Assembly: GCA_027623675.1 (NCBI GenBank)
Contig: JAQBVF010000007.1
Span: forward strand, 32,001-96,000
DNA from: Chloroflexota bacterium
GTDB taxonomy: Bacteria; Chloroflexota; Dehalococcoidia; Lucifugimonadales; UBA3495
Length of the DNA: 64,000 nucleotides
Direction of reading: 5' to 3'
The position numbers and the translations under genes are program-made. Below the pieces are notes generated by a model. That model saw only the letters and a list, made by a program, of their open reading frames with translations. It was not told where the DNA came from and ran no database searches. Shown in pieces: positions 28,639 to 39,041 of the stretch (positions are counted from its first letter, which is position 1; the number at the start of each line of letters is the position of its first letter).

Positions 28639-29145
28639 ATGAACTGGGCGGAAATGATAGTCAAAGCGCTCAAGGACTGGGATACGTCCTTGATTGCCTA
28701 TGTGCCGGACATATCCATCCATCGGGTGACCAGCCTGATCGAGGCCGACCCCTACTTCAGATTGGTCGCGGCCACCAGAGAGGAGGAGGCCATCGGCATC
28801 GCGGTCGGGTCTTACGCGGCGGGCCGCAACGCAGCCGTATTCATGCAATCCAGCGGGTTCGGCAATAGCGTAAACGCCCTGGCCAGCCTGTGCATCCCAT
28901 CCAGAACGCCCATCCCCATGTTCGTCAATCTGCGGGGCGGGCCCGGCGAGTTCAACATCGCCCAGGTGGCCATGGGACAAGCCGTCCGGCCTATCATGGA
29001 CCAGTTGGGGCTGGTTCACTTCACACTGGACGACGACCGGAACATGGAAAAGTTGCTCGACGGCGCCATGAAGCTTTGCCACGCCAACCGGCAGCCCTTG
29101 GCGGTGTGCATGACCCAATTGCTGCACGGAGGCAAACTTGCGTAG
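28639..29145 (+). CDS. TPP-dependent decarboxylase alpha subunit (sulfopyruvate/phosphonopyruvate decarboxylase-like, ComD-like)
   Basis: YVPD, TREEEAIGIAVG, FMQSSGFGNSVNAL. Confidence 0.85.
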   Translation: MNWAEMIVKALKDWDTSLIAYVPDISIHRVTSLIEADPYFRLVAATREEEAIGIAVGSYAAGRNAAVFMQSSGFGNSVNALASLCIPSRTPIPMFVNLRGGPGEFNIAQVAMGQAVRPIMDQLGLVHFTLDDDRNMEKLLDGAMKLCHANRQPLAVCMTQLLHGGKLA

Positions 29146-29710
29146 ATTCGAAGGCACACAAATGATTTTGCGTTTGGCGGGCGATGCGCCCATCGTCAGC
29201 AACCTTGGTCCCGGGTCTGACGACCTTTGGCACGCCGGACACCGCGACCGCAATTTCTACACCTACGGCAACATGGGGCTTTGCTCGTCCCTGGCGCTGG
29301 GCATGGCCATGGCCACCGACGAACAGGTCATTTCCCTGGACGGCGACGGTTCGCTCCTGATGAACCTGGGAACGATCGCATCCATCGGGCGGGAGCAGCC
29401 CAAGAACCTGACGGTGGTGGTATGGGACAACGAAAAGTGGGGCCAGACCGGCGGGCAGACCAGCCACACCGGCATGGGGACCGACCTGGAGCAGGTAGCC
29501 CGAAGCTGCGGGATCGCCCGCACGAAGACCGTGTCGGACCTGGAAGACTTGGAAGCCGCAGTGTCCGAGGCGCTGGCGACTGACGGCCCCAATTTCATAG
29601 TAGCCAAGATCGATGAGGGCGAATATCTGCCGGTGGCCCCGGTGGAGCCCGAGTTCACCCTATACCGTTTCCGGAACACCTTCGTGGAACAGCGACAGCC
29701 CGGCCACTAG
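29138..29710 (+). CDS. TPP-dependent decarboxylase beta subunit (ComE-like)
   Basis: NFYTYGNMG, DGDGSLLMNLG...DN TPP motif, TGGQ; overlaps alpha subunit stop. Confidence 0.87.
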   Translation: MRRFEGTQMILRLAGDAPIVSNLGPGSDDLWHAGHRDRNFYTYGNMGLCSSLALGMAMATDEQVISLDGDGSLLMNLGTIASIGREQPKNLTVVVWDNEKWGQTGGQTSHTGMGTDLEQVARSCGIARTKTVSDLEDLEAAVSEALATDGPNFIVAKIDEGEYLPVAPVEPEFTLYRFRNTFVEQRQPGH

Positions 29711-29733
29711 CCCCCGATACCGTGGCGCAATCA

Positions 29734-29771
29734 CAAAAGGCCCGTTCATCAACCGACGAACGGGCCTTTTG
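29734..29771. terminator. Bidirectional intrinsic terminator
   Basis: CAAAAGGCCCGTTC / GAACGGGCCTTTTG. Confidence 0.8.
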
Positions 29772-29795
29772 TTGTCGTTGGCCGCTGAGAGACTT

Positions 29796-30536
29796 CTAAC
29801 TGACTTTGGCCCCGGCCTGCATCTTTTGGATCGCGCCGTCCAGTTCTTCTAGGTCGAACAGGTGGGGGCCGGCGCCGCCGTGGTAAACGACTTTGCCGTC
29901 CTTGCCGATCAGGTACAGGCGCTCCGGGGCAGCCCCGTAAGCCTCGTCGATGGCGTTGTCCATCTCTTCAACCAAGGTTGGAAGTGAGATGTGCAGCCCG
30001 ATGGTGCAGGACTGGGCGGCCTCTTCCCGTTCCTCGTAGCTTTGGTGTTGGCGCAGCAGGACACCTTCCTCGACATTGGAATCGGTCTGCCAGCCGTCGG
30101 TGGGGTGGGCCTCTTGAACGTAAACCACGAAGAACTCGATGTGGTCCTGGTACTGGCTGTAGAGTTGCTCCATGCGCTCAACCTGAGCGCGGAAGGGCGG
30201 TCAAGTGTAGCTGCCAAAGATCAGGGCCACGGGCCGTTTATCTTTGAAGCTGGACAGCCGGACCCGCTCCTCCGAGCCCGCCCGCTTTAGTTCGAAATCG
30301 GGGGGCACATCGCCAACGTGAGGGCCCATCTCGTCCCGGGCCACCACTGCTTCCATGGCCTCGCGCAGGATGGGGGTCAGGTTTCCGCCGATCGCCTCTA
30401 GCATCTCGCGGGCCGGCATCTGACCGACGGTCGTCCCCTCGCGTTTTGCCCGGTAGTCGTCCATGAACCGCCGGAACAGTTTCCGGTCATCGCCCTGAAG
30501 GTTCCCCAGTATCTGGTCTCGGTCTGCTTTCAGCAT
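29796..30536 (-). CDS. Iodothyronine deiodinase-like (thioredoxin-fold) selenoprotein, Sec at TGA 30201-30203
   Basis: In-frame join gives RPVALIFGSYT-U-PPF...VYVQEAHPTDGW...YGAAPERLY. Confidence 0.88.
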
Positions 30537-30678
30537 ATCGGCCTTCCCCTTGAGCGCGGGCGCAGATTGATTCGGGGCTATTGTATTCGCCGTGCCTGGC
30601 GATAACAACCCGTCGGACCAGACCCCACCGCCAGTGGGGACGACCAGGACGGACCTCTCGTGTCACCCGGAGTAGAAA

Positions 30679-30710
30679 GACCCGGAGGACGCGGCTGCGT
30701 CCTCCGGGTC
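30679..30710 (-). terminator. Intrinsic terminator hairpin
   Basis: GACCCGGAGGACGC / GCGTCCTCCGGGTC followed by TTTCT on the minus strand. Confidence 0.75.
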
Positions 30711-30748
30711 AATCATGTTCAAGCTAGGCCTGGACTGGGAACGTTGGG

Positions 30749-31516
30749 TTATTTGACGTATTTGTCGAACCAGCCTAGGGTGCGGGAGAAGGCGTCCTTG
30801 GCGGCCGCCTCGTTGTAGCTGCCCCGGTCGTCACAGTTGAAGCCGTGACCGGCGCCGGGGTAGGACTTGAAGTCGTAGGTCACGCCTGCTCCCTTAACTG
30901 TGGCCTCAATGGTTGCCACGTCGGCGGGTGACGGGTTCTCGTCCAACTCGCCGAAGTTGCCCATCACGGGAATCTTGATTTTGTTGGTGAGAACGATGGG
31001 AGCGGGACCGTCGCCGAACGGCACCAGGATGCGCCCGCCGTAGTAGACCGATGCGGCGCTCAGGCCCGGGCAGCTGGCGGCGGCCAGGTAGGCGATCCGT
31101 CCGCCCACGCAGTACCCGACGATACCGATCTTGTTGCCGGCGGTCCGTTGGTTCCGGTGTTGCAGATAATCAATGGCAACGTTGATGTCTTCAACGATCT
31201 CGTCGTCGCGCAACGCTCCCATGTATTGCTGCACCGCGGGCATCTCGTCGTATCCCAGTTTGGGATTGGGATGCTGGCGGTGGTATAGGGCAGGGGCAAT
31301 GGCTACGTAGCCATTGGCGGCGTACTGGTCGCAAACCTTTTCGATATGGCCGGTGACCCCAAAAGCCTCCATGATAACGATAACAGCCGGGAAACTGTTT
31401 CCCTTGGAAGGTGAGGGACTGCTGACATAGGTCACCATGTCCTGCCCCTGCGCGCCGTGCAAGTCGTCCATTTCCCGCTCGCCGGGAAATCTTAGATTCT
31501 CCCAAAACGATGGCAT
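30749..31516 (-). CDS. Dienelactone hydrolase family protein
   Basis: EAFG, GYCVGG nucleophile, YYG, GHGF. Confidence 0.93.
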   Translation of the reverse strand: MPSFWENLRFPGEREMDDLHGAQGQDMVTYVSSPSPSKGNSFPAVIVIMEAFGVTGHIEKVCDQYAANGYVAIAPALYHRQHPNPKLGYDEMPAVQQYMGALRDDEIVEDINVAIDYLQHRNQRTAGNKIGIVGYCVGGRIAYLAAASCPGLSAASVYYGGRILVPFGDGPAPIVLTNKIKIPVMGNFGELDENPSPADVATIEATVKGAGVTYDFKSYPGAGHGFNCDDRGSYNEAAAKDAFSRTLGWFDKYVK

Positions 31517-31867
31517 ATAGATACCTCCTTAACCGTACCGATGTCACCCGCTATAATCCGTCTGCGTCCCGAACTGCCGTCTGATTTGCCTGCAGCTCGT
31601 GAATCGCCCAAATTCTCAGACCAGCGAGGTTCGTGAAGATTCTAGCAGAGGGCATAGTCGCGCACAAGCGCGGATTTTCCGTGACTGTATCGGGCATGTC
31701 TTGACCTCCAGCGGTCCGCCGGTGCTATATTGCAGAGTCCCGTCCACGAGATAACCCGCACCGGTTTCAGGATAAACCGGCCCTGGGAGCATGCTTTGGA
31801 CCGGCCGCGGCGCATCGATGCGATTCGCAACGGTGTTTGGAAGCGGTCAAATCTTGAGGAGAGAGTA

Positions 31868-32707
31868 GTGCGAAAAACCAATATCAGAGTCTTGGCTGAG
31901 ATGAAGGCCCGCGGCGAAAAGATCCCAATGATCACGGCATATGATTATACCTCGGCCCAATTGGCCAGCTTGGCCGGCATACCCCTGTTGTTGGTGGGGG
32001 ACAGCCTGGGTATGGTCGTGCTTGGCTACGATTCGACCATCCCGGTGACCATGGAGGACATGCTGCATCACACCAAAGCTGTCGCCAGGGGCGCCAAGGA
32101 GTCGATGATCGTGGCCGACCTGCCATTCATGAGCTACCAGATCGACGCCAAACAAGCCATGACCAACGCCGCCAGGTTGGTGCAAGAGGGGGGCGCCCAG
32201 GCCGTCAAGCTTGAGGGTGGCGAGAAGATATCCCCAACCGTAGCCCGGATCGTGGACTCGGGTATCCCGGTCATGGGCCACATCGGATTAACCCCCCAGT
32301 CGGTGCACACGCTGGGCGGCTACCGGGTCCAGGGACGGCAACGGAACGAGGCGGCGCGACTGCTCAAGGACGCCAAAGCACTAGAAGCGGCAGGGGCGTT
32401 CGCCCTGGTATTGGAGGTGGTGCCGGCTCCCCTGGCTGGTCTAATCACCCGGCAGTTAAGGATTCCCACCATCGGGATCGGCGCCGGCACCGGCTGCGAT
32501 GGGCAGGTGCAGGTTTTGCATGACATGTTGGGGCTATATACCGATGTCGTGCCCAAGCATGCCAAGCGGTATGCCGAACTGGCCGAATCGATGCGGTCTG
32601 CCTTGGTCCAATATGCCCAGGAGGTTGAGGCGGGTTCGTTCCCGGCTGAGGAACATTCTTTCTCCATGAATGAGTCTCTGCTGGAAGGGTTGACGGACGC
32701 CCAGTAA
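31868..32707 (+). CDS. panB: 3-methyl-2-oxobutanoate hydroxymethyltransferase
   Basis: [46 protein letters not shown] start after GAGGAG. Confidence 0.96.
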   Translation: MRKTNIRVLAEMKARGEKIPMITAYDYTSAQLASLAGIPLLLVGDSLGMVVLGYDSTIPVTMEDMLHHTKAVARGAKESMIVADLPFMSYQIDAKQAMTNAARLVQEGGAQAVKLEGGEKISPTVARIVDSGIPVMGHIGLTPQSVHTLGGYRVQGRQRNEAARLLKDAKALEAAGAFALVLEVVPAPLAGLITRQLRIPTIGIGAGTGCDGQVQVLHDMLGLYTDVVPKHAKRYAELAESMRSALVQYAQEVEAGSFPAEEHSFSMNESLLEGLTDAQ

Positions 32708-32769
32708 CCCCGCCGCGGGCCATCCGGCCGTGCGGGAAGATTCAGACCTCCCGCAATATCACCAAAACA

Positions 32770-33041
32770 TGAGTCATCCCGGGGTTTCATCATGGGTAGC
32801 ACGCTACCGGTCAGATGCAGTCATTACGGCGAAAGGCGAAATGACGGTCGTTCAGAGCAACCACACTCGCCGCCTGTCATTCTAATCCTTCCCGAGAAGG
32901 AGAAGAATCTCTTTGCTTGACTTCAAAGTTGCTATCGTGCCGCGGGACCGGCAGTTGGTCTCCCATCAGCAACGAGATTCCTCTCTTCGATCGGAATGAC
33001 AAAGGCCGCGGCATCCACCCACCAAACTCCGGGACGACTCA
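32770..33041. repeat. Composite REP/MITE-like element, copy 1 (~272 bp)
   Basis: Terminal inverted repeats TGAGTCATCCCGGGGTTT / AAACTCCGGGACGACTCA; collinear with 44717-44989. Confidence 0.8.
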
Positions 33042-33079
33042 TTTTGGGTTTCCCCGGACCTGTTCCTAAGGTTGCCAGG

Positions 33080-34069
33080 TTATAGGACGTGGAAGAGCAG
33101 TAGGTGGTCCCGGAGGACGTCCGCCGCGAAATCGTTCTCCACGTCACGCCAGACGGAGTGTATGTGGTTGGCGCCGTCTTGGCGGTTATCAAACTCAACC
33201 ACGAAATCCCCGCCGTGGATCCGGTAATAGTGGGGCTCGTCCTTGGTGACCGGCCCGGCCCAGCCCAGGTGCAAGTGGTCCAGCCCAGTCTTTTTAAGCT
33301 CGGCCAATTTGTGCTCCGCAAGGTCGGTGTGCACCTGGTTGACGTACTCCGCTACCAACGCCAGCAGCAGTTCTTTCTGGGCGCCGTTCATCTTGGAGGC
33401 GGGCAGTCCCTCGTAGGCCATGAGCGAGGCCTTGGAGGAGTTGAAGGTTACGATGTCGGCGGGGGCCGCGTCGCAGATGATCGACTCGGCGACCTGTTCC
33501 TCGGTCAGGGACGCCATCAGGTCGAAGGCCATGTCTTCCCTGGCGCCCAAGATACGTAGTCCGTTCTTGGGGCCCTTTCGGACCTGGGCAGGATTGGCCC
33601 CAAAGAAGAAGGGCGTGGTGCTAATCACCTTATCGCCCATGATGCTGAAGTGGATGGAGATATGGTGCCCCTCAACCCTCCAGCCCCAGGGTGCCTCTCC
33701 TCCGGGCTCGCCAAAAATGGTGAAATAATAGAGCTCGGTATCGCGGACAAAGGTCTTTATCCCTTGCTCTTTCTCCAGCGGACCAAGCACATCTTCGTGT
33801 TCCATGATCAGTTTGGCCTGTTCGTAGGACTCGGTCGTCAGGCCGCTGGCCATCACCGCCATCGCCAGATCACGCTGTGACGGGTCCATGTCCCTAAGGG
33901 GCAGGCCGTGTCGGTTCATCGGCGGGTAGTACCAAAAGATGCGCTCGCCGTCCAGATATTCAAATCTCGCCTTGCCTGCCTGCTGGTCGTTCAGACTGCT
34001 GACAAACGCTTTGGCGGCGTCCACCATTCGTGCAACCGCCTGTGGGGTGTCTGCCTGTTGGGTGGCCAT
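33080..34069 (-). CDS. DUF3500 domain protein
   Basis: PWGWRVEGHHISIH, TPFFFGANP, HYYRIHG, NHIHSVWRD..NDF. Confidence 0.9.
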   Translation of the reverse strand: MATQQADTPQAVARMVDAAKAFVSSLNDQQAGKARFEYLDGERIFWYYPPMNRHGLPLRDMDPSQRDLAMAVMASGLTTESYEQAKLIMEHEDVLGPLEKEQGIKTFVRDTELYYFTIFGEPGGEAPWGWRVEGHHISIHFSIMGDKVISTTPFFFGANPAQVRKGPKNGLRILGAREDMAFDLMASLTEEQVAESIICDAAPADIVTFNSSKASLMAYEGLPASKMNGAQKELLLALVAEYVNQVHTDLAEHKLAELKKTGLDHLHLGWAGPVTKDEPHYYRIHGGDFVVEFDNRQDGANHIHSVWRDVENDFAADVLRDHLLLFHVL

Positions 34070-34266
34070 TTTGAGGTTCTCCTTATGGTCGCAACCGTTT
34101 GGTTGTAACCTGTTGACCGTCAACTTCCGGTCTTGCCGTAGGCACCTCTGGAAGGACGGACCGTATTTGCCGCGAGTGTAATTAGGGGGAAGTTGGCTGT
34201 CAACCCTGCCGGCGGATCCCATCACCGGGACGCCGGCAGGGCTGCGAGATGATTACCGCAGGCCCC

Positions 34267-35217
34267 CTAGGTGTTGGGAAGCACCGGCAAGAGAGCGGCT
34301 TCCAATTCGTCCAGCGTGGCAAAACCTTCGAAGCGGTCGGTTATCCGGCCGTCGGCAGCCAGGATAAAGGTCCAACTCTCGTTGAAGTAGTCCTCTATGG
34401 CCGTCAGGCCCCAGTCATCCACAACGCTGAAGATCTCCGCCCGGTTGAGGTCGCCTTGGATGTCGGCGGGGTTGTCGTAGATCTCCACGTGGATGTAATT
34501 CGCCACTCCGGGGTGCGCGTCCTTGAGTTCGGTCACCGTGTCCACCTGTGGGCCGCAGGTGGGGGTGGTGCAGAACGCCGGGCTGGCGAAAACCACCACA
34601 GAAGGCAGTGGGCTCTCCACCGCCTCCTTGATGGTTAGCTGGTACAGGTCAGGGTCCGGGGTGTAATCGGTGGTTAGGTCTTCGATCCTGACTGGAGAGC
34701 CGTCACCACCCAGGGTCTTGGTGATACTTAGGAGAGCCGTGCGGCCCACCGCCGGGACCGGCGACTTGGCCAGCACTTCCACCTCTATCTCGGTCTCGTC
34801 GTCCCCGTTCGGGTTGTCCACCTGTATATCCAGACGCCAACGGCCGGCCCGGTCGAAGTCGGCGTAGGCGCTGTACGAGCCGCGCACGCCGTAGGGCCAA
34901 AGATTGAACACTGCTTCCAACGGTTCACCAGCCTCTCCGGCGGCTCCGGCGTCCAAGAACACCGGGGTTACCAGGGCGGTGGGCGCCTTGATCAGGCCCT
35001 TGGAAGTGGTCAACAAAAACGCCACCCGCTGCCGGCCCACCTCCAACACGGTGGTTGCCAGCACGGGGGTTATGGCCGTGGGGCCGGCTGGCGCGGAGGT
35101 CGGACCGGGTTCCGGAGTGGGCACGGCGGAGGAGCCACAGGCCGCCGCCAGGGCGATGGCGGCGGCCAAAACCGGGGCCAATAGCCGTTTATCTACGCGA
35201 CGTAAAAACTTAATCAT
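34267..35217 (-). CDS. Lipoprotein with C-terminal thioredoxin-like domain (CxxxxC)
   Basis: Lipobox LAAAC; FASPAFCTTPTCGPQVD; YIHVEIY. Confidence 0.8.
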   Translation of the reverse strand: MIKFLRRVDKRLLAPVLAAAIALAAACGSSAVPTPEPGPTSAPAGPTAITPVLATTVLEVGRQRVAFLLTTSKGLIKAPTALVTPVFLDAGAAGEAGEPLEAVFNLWPYGVRGSYSAYADFDRAGRWRLDIQVDNPNGDDETEIEVEVLAKSPVPAVGRTALLSITKTLGGDGSPVRIEDLTTDYTPDPDLYQLTIKEAVESPLPSVVVFASPAFCTTPTCGPQVDTVTELKDAHPGVANYIHVEIYDNPADIQGDLNRAEIFSVVDDWGLTAIEDYFNESWTFILAADGRITDRFEGFATLDELEAALLPVLPNT

Positions 35218-36341
35218 GGTCCTGTCTGGTATACGCCGAATGTGAAGGCGAAAATCCCGAAATCATCTGAGTTGGAACTCATGGTCAGCGCGTTGTCTTG
35301 GGAATAGGCCGGCGCCTCGACCACGTTGTACATCCGGGGTTCGTCCACCACCAGGAAGCTTGCGCCGTCAGGTCCGATGGTGATGTCCTCGCCTTTGTTG
35401 GCATCGGTCAGAAACTCGCCGTCCAGTTTCACCTGCACGGTGTACGGCTGGCCTGATTCAGAGGTCAGGACGGCGTTCACGCTGCGGGCCGAATAAACCA
35501 CCGATAAAACATCTTCGTAACCGGTTGTATCACGGCCGTGGCGGGTGTTTTCGGGGCCGACTATCCAAGTGCCATCGAAGTAAAGGACCCCTGACTTATG
35601 CTCGGCGGGCGACTTCAATTGGGTCACAGAGCCCGTGTTCTGGAAGAAGTCTTGCTGGCGCACGTACTCGCCCAGGCCCGCCATCGCCAGTCCGGCATAC
35701 AACTCACGGGTCACGGTCCCGTTGCGCCTTTCGAGATAGGTCTGGTCCACCTGCTGGTCACCTGGGGGCTCAAACGGGTTATCCAACAGGTCTGCCCCGG
35801 CCTCCTCAAGGAGATTCCGGATCCATTTCTCGGTCTCGTAGTAGAATCCTTCGCCAAAGTGGCTGTAGCGGACCTTCCCATCCTTGTCTACCAGGTACTT
35901 GGCCGGCCAAAAGGAATTGCCGTAGTTGCGCCAGGTCTCGAAATCGTTATCTTGGGCCACCGCCCAGGTGATGCCATTGTCCTGGGTGGCCTGGAGTACG
36001 TTTGAATAGTCCTTCTCAAACTCGAATTCTGGCGAATGGACACCGATGATAACCAGTCCGTCGTCGGCGTACTTGGCCTGCCACTGCTTGAGGTAGGGGA
36101 ATGTCCGGATGCAATTGACGCAGGTGTAGGTCCAAAAATCGATTAACACGACCTTGCCGCGAAGCCCTTTGATGGTCATGGGTTCGCTGTTGATCCAGGC
36201 CTTGATGCCCTTGATCTCTGGCGCCGGAAAGCTGGCGCAAGCGACGGAGACAAACAAGGCAACCAGCACAATCATCGCAAGCTTGACCGGGACCGCCGGT
36301 CTTCGCTTCACGTTGGTCGTATCGTCCAGGAACCGCGGCAC
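35214..36341 (-). CDS. DipZ-like redoxin lipoprotein (TlpA domain plus DipZ C-terminal domain)
   Basis: GKVVLIDFWTYTCVNC, GVHSPEF, WPAKY, HFGEG, FAFTFG. Confidence 0.9.
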   Translation of the reverse strand: MPRFLDDTTNVKRRPAVPVKLAMIVLVALFVSVACASFPAPEIKGIKAWINSEPMTIKGLRGKVVLIDFWTYTCVNCIRTFPYLKQWQAKYADDGLVIIGVHSPEFEFEKDYSNVLQATQDNGITWAVAQDNDFETWRNYGNSFWPAKYLVDKDGKVRYSHFGEGFYYETEKWIRNLLEEAGADLLDNPFEPPGDQQVDQTYLERRNGTVTRELYAGLAMAGLGEYVRQQDFFQNTGSVTQLKSPAEHKSGVLYFDGTWIVGPENTRHGRDTTGYEDVLSVVYSARSVNAVLTSESGQPYTVQVKLDGEFLTDANKGEDITIGPDGASFLVVDEPRMYNVVEAPAYSQDNALTMSSNSDDFGIFAFTFGVYQTGP

Positions 36342-37615
36342 TAGGACTCTTTTTCGTAAACGCCAAATGTAAAGGCGAAAAGGCCGAAATCAGGCGAGTT
36401 GGAAGCCATCTTGAGTGTCTCTCTCTGAACGTAACTGGGATTGCTGACTACATTGTATAGCGTGGGAGAGGTGACCCACAGATAGCTCTCACCGTCGTCG
36501 CCGATCATGACATCGGACCCCCTGTTGTCCTCCGTTAGGTATTCGCCGCCCACCGTGACTCGCACTTTATACGGCTCACCCGAGTCTGACGTCAGAACCG
36601 CGTTCACTTCGGTGGCGGAGTACACCACGGCCAGGTAGTCCTCGTAAGACTCGGTCACGACGCCGTGGGTCGAGCTTTCCGGCCCGACATACCAGGAGCC
36701 CTGGAAGTAGAGATTGTGCGGCACAAGGTTGCCGGGAATGACGAACTCTGAAATCTTATTTTTGTTTTCAAAGTACTCGGCCTGCTGAACATAGCCGCCC
36801 CTGCCGTACAGGAGGTCGCTTTCGCCACGTTTATAGCCGGCGTAAAGCTCGCGGGTTACTTCAGCATCCCGGGCGGCCAGGAAACCGGGGTCGAGGGCCT
36901 GGTCTTCCGGCAGGTCCAATTCTTCAGCCAAGAAATCCGGGTTGGCTTCGGCAAGCAGCTCGCGGATCACCGCTTCGGTCTCACTGTAGGCGCCTTCTCC
37001 GAAATGGGTGTAGCGGACCACTCCATCCTTATCGATCAGATATTTGGCGGGCCAGAACCGGTTGGAATAGCGGCGCCATGTGGTGAAATCGTTGTCCTGG
37101 GCCATCGTCCAGTCCAGAGCGTCGGTCTGGACGGCTTCCACCACGTTGTCGTACTCTTTCTCGAAATCGAATTCCGGACTGTGCACGCCCACGATCACCA
37201 GACCGTCGTCCTCATACCTGGAGTTCCACTGCTTGAGGAAGGGAAATGTTCGGATGCAGTTGATGCAGGTATAGGTCCAGAAGTCGATCAGCACCACCTT
37301 GCCCCTGAGCTCTTCCAGGGTCAGCGGACCGCCGTTGATCCAGGCGGCGATCCCGCCGAATTCAGGCGCAAGGTTGCCTACCTCACCTCCAACCCTGCGG
37401 TCGGCGTTGGCCGTGGCCGATCTGGTGGCCAACTGCCGCGGCTCAGCCTCTGAAGCCGGTTCTTGTGCGGCCGGCACGCCATTGGCCGGGGCAGCATCCG
37501 AGCCTCCGCAGGCCGCCACCAACAGTACCAAGCCCATAAGAACCGCCACCAACCCCGGGAGGTGGGAGGTGCGGCGGGATAGCCGAAATTCCGTGAGCGC
37601 CGTCAATATATTCAT
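36341..37615 (-). CDS. DipZ-like redoxin lipoprotein (tandem paralogue)
   Basis: Lipobox VAAC; GKVVLIDFWTYTCINC, HFGEG, FAFTFG. Confidence 0.9.
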   Translation of the reverse strand: MNILTALTEFRLSRRTSHLPGLVAVLMGLVLLVAACGGSDAAPANGVPAAQEPASEAEPRQLATRSATANADRRVGGEVGNLAPEFGGIAAWINGGPLTLEELRGKVVLIDFWTYTCINCIRTFPFLKQWNSRYEDDGLVIVGVHSPEFDFEKEYDNVVEAVQTDALDWTMAQDNDFTTWRRYSNRFWPAKYLIDKDGVVRYTHFGEGAYSETEAVIRELLAEANPDFLAEELDLPEDQALDPGFLAARDAEVTRELYAGYKRGESDLLYGRGGYVQQAEYFENKNKISEFVIPGNLVPHNLYFQGSWYVGPESSTHGVVTESYEDYLAVVYSATEVNAVLTSDSGEPYKVRVTVGGEYLTEDNRGSDVMIGDDGESYLWVTSPTLYNVVSNPSYVQRETLKMASNSPDFGLFAFTFGVYEKES

Positions 37616-38014
37616 CTGCTGTCCATCCCATGCTTCCGTTATTTTCCGGGCCGCGATACACGATGGATTCCCCGATGCCAGGCCAGATTTTCGCCTGTAT
37701 GCGAGACGCCGCCAACCGCATCAACGCGAGGGGTCTGTTAGTAAGATTTACGCGGCGCCTTGTGCTGCGGATTCAAGTGGACCGAACCACCGCCCCGCCA
37801 TTTTCGTATCTTATCAACCCTACAAACGACCACATCTGGTCGATAGGTCGAGCCTGACTAGCGTCGGGAGATCATCCGGGGCCGGCCCACAATCTGCTGT
37901 GATAAACTTTCGCTACCAGCTAAGGTCCAGTCATGGACCGGCTCGCTTCGATCATGGTCCGGTCAAGCATGGTCCGGTCAAGGACCAACTCGCTTCGATG
38001 GATTGGAGTTGCAG

Positions 38015-38968
38015 GTGAACGAAACCCAATCAGCCACCGCCGTCGCCCGGAAGATAATCGACAACGTTGCCAAGGTGATTATCGGCAAGGAGCCGGTGAT
38101 TAAACAGGCGTTGGCAGCGATGATTGCAGAGGGCCACATCCTCATTGAAGACGTGCCTGGGGTCGGCAAAACCATGCTGGCCAAGAGCATCTCGGCGTCG
38201 ATCGGTTGCTCCTTCAAACGCATCCAATTCACGCCCGATCTGCTGCCCAGCGACATCGTCGGGGTCTCCATATACAACCAGAGCACCGGGGAGTTCCAGT
38301 TCCGGCCCGGCCCGGTGATGGCCCAGATCGTGTTGGTCGACGAGATCAACCGAGCCACGCCCAAGACCCAGTCCGCGCTGCTTGAGGCCATGGAAGAGTT
38401 GCAGGTGTCCGTGGACGGCGCCACCCGACCGCTGGACCGGCCATTCATAGTCATTGCCACGCAGAACCCCATCGAATATGAGGGAACTTTCCCCCTGCCC
38501 GAGGCCCAGCTCGACCGCTTCTTGATGCGCATCAGCCTGGGATATCCCAGTTTCGCCGAGGAGTTGTCGGTGATCGAGCGGCAAGAGCAGAGCCATCCCA
38601 TCGACAAGTTAAGCGCGGTGGCGACCCCGGAGGACGTTCTCGGCCTGCAGAACGCCGCCAAGAATGTGTATGTCGACGGCGCGGTCCGCGAGTATATCGT
38701 CGGGCTGATCGAAGCGACCCGAATGCATGAGGACGTTACCCTGGGCGCCTCGCCGCGGGCGTCGCTGGGCATGTTCCGGGCCGTCCGCGCCAAGGCCCTG
38801 TTGGAGGACCGGGATTACGTGATTCCCGACGACGTTAAAGACCTGGCCCATGCCGTGTTGGCCCACCGGATGATTTTGGCCCCGTCGGCCCGCATGCGCG
38901 GCTTGCACACGGGACAGGTCATCGAAGGTCTGCTCGAATCAGTGGCGGTGCCAGGCGCCACCCGTTAA
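38015..38968 (+). CDS. moxR: MoxR-family AAA+ ATPase
   Basis: EDVPGVGKT, RIQFTPDLLPSD, DEINRA, ATQNPIE, FPLPEAQLDRF. Confidence 0.95.
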   Translation: MNETQSATAVARKIIDNVAKVIIGKEPVIKQALAAMIAEGHILIEDVPGVGKTMLAKSISASIGCSFKRIQFTPDLLPSDIVGVSIYNQSTGEFQFRPGPVMAQIVLVDEINRATPKTQSALLEAMEELQVSVDGATRPLDRPFIVIATQNPIEYEGTFPLPEAQLDRFLMRISLGYPSFAEELSVIERQEQSHPIDKLSAVATPEDVLGLQNAAKNVYVDGAVREYIVGLIEATRMHEDVTLGASPRASLGMFRAVRAKALLEDRDYVIPDDVKDLAHAVLAHRMILAPSARMRGLHTGQVIEGLLESVAVPGATR

Positions 38969-39041
38969 TCATTCTCGAAGTGGTCTATCGTGAGTTCCCC
39001 GCAAACCCAATGGCCCGGGGTTCCGCATGCGGAGTTCGGCC

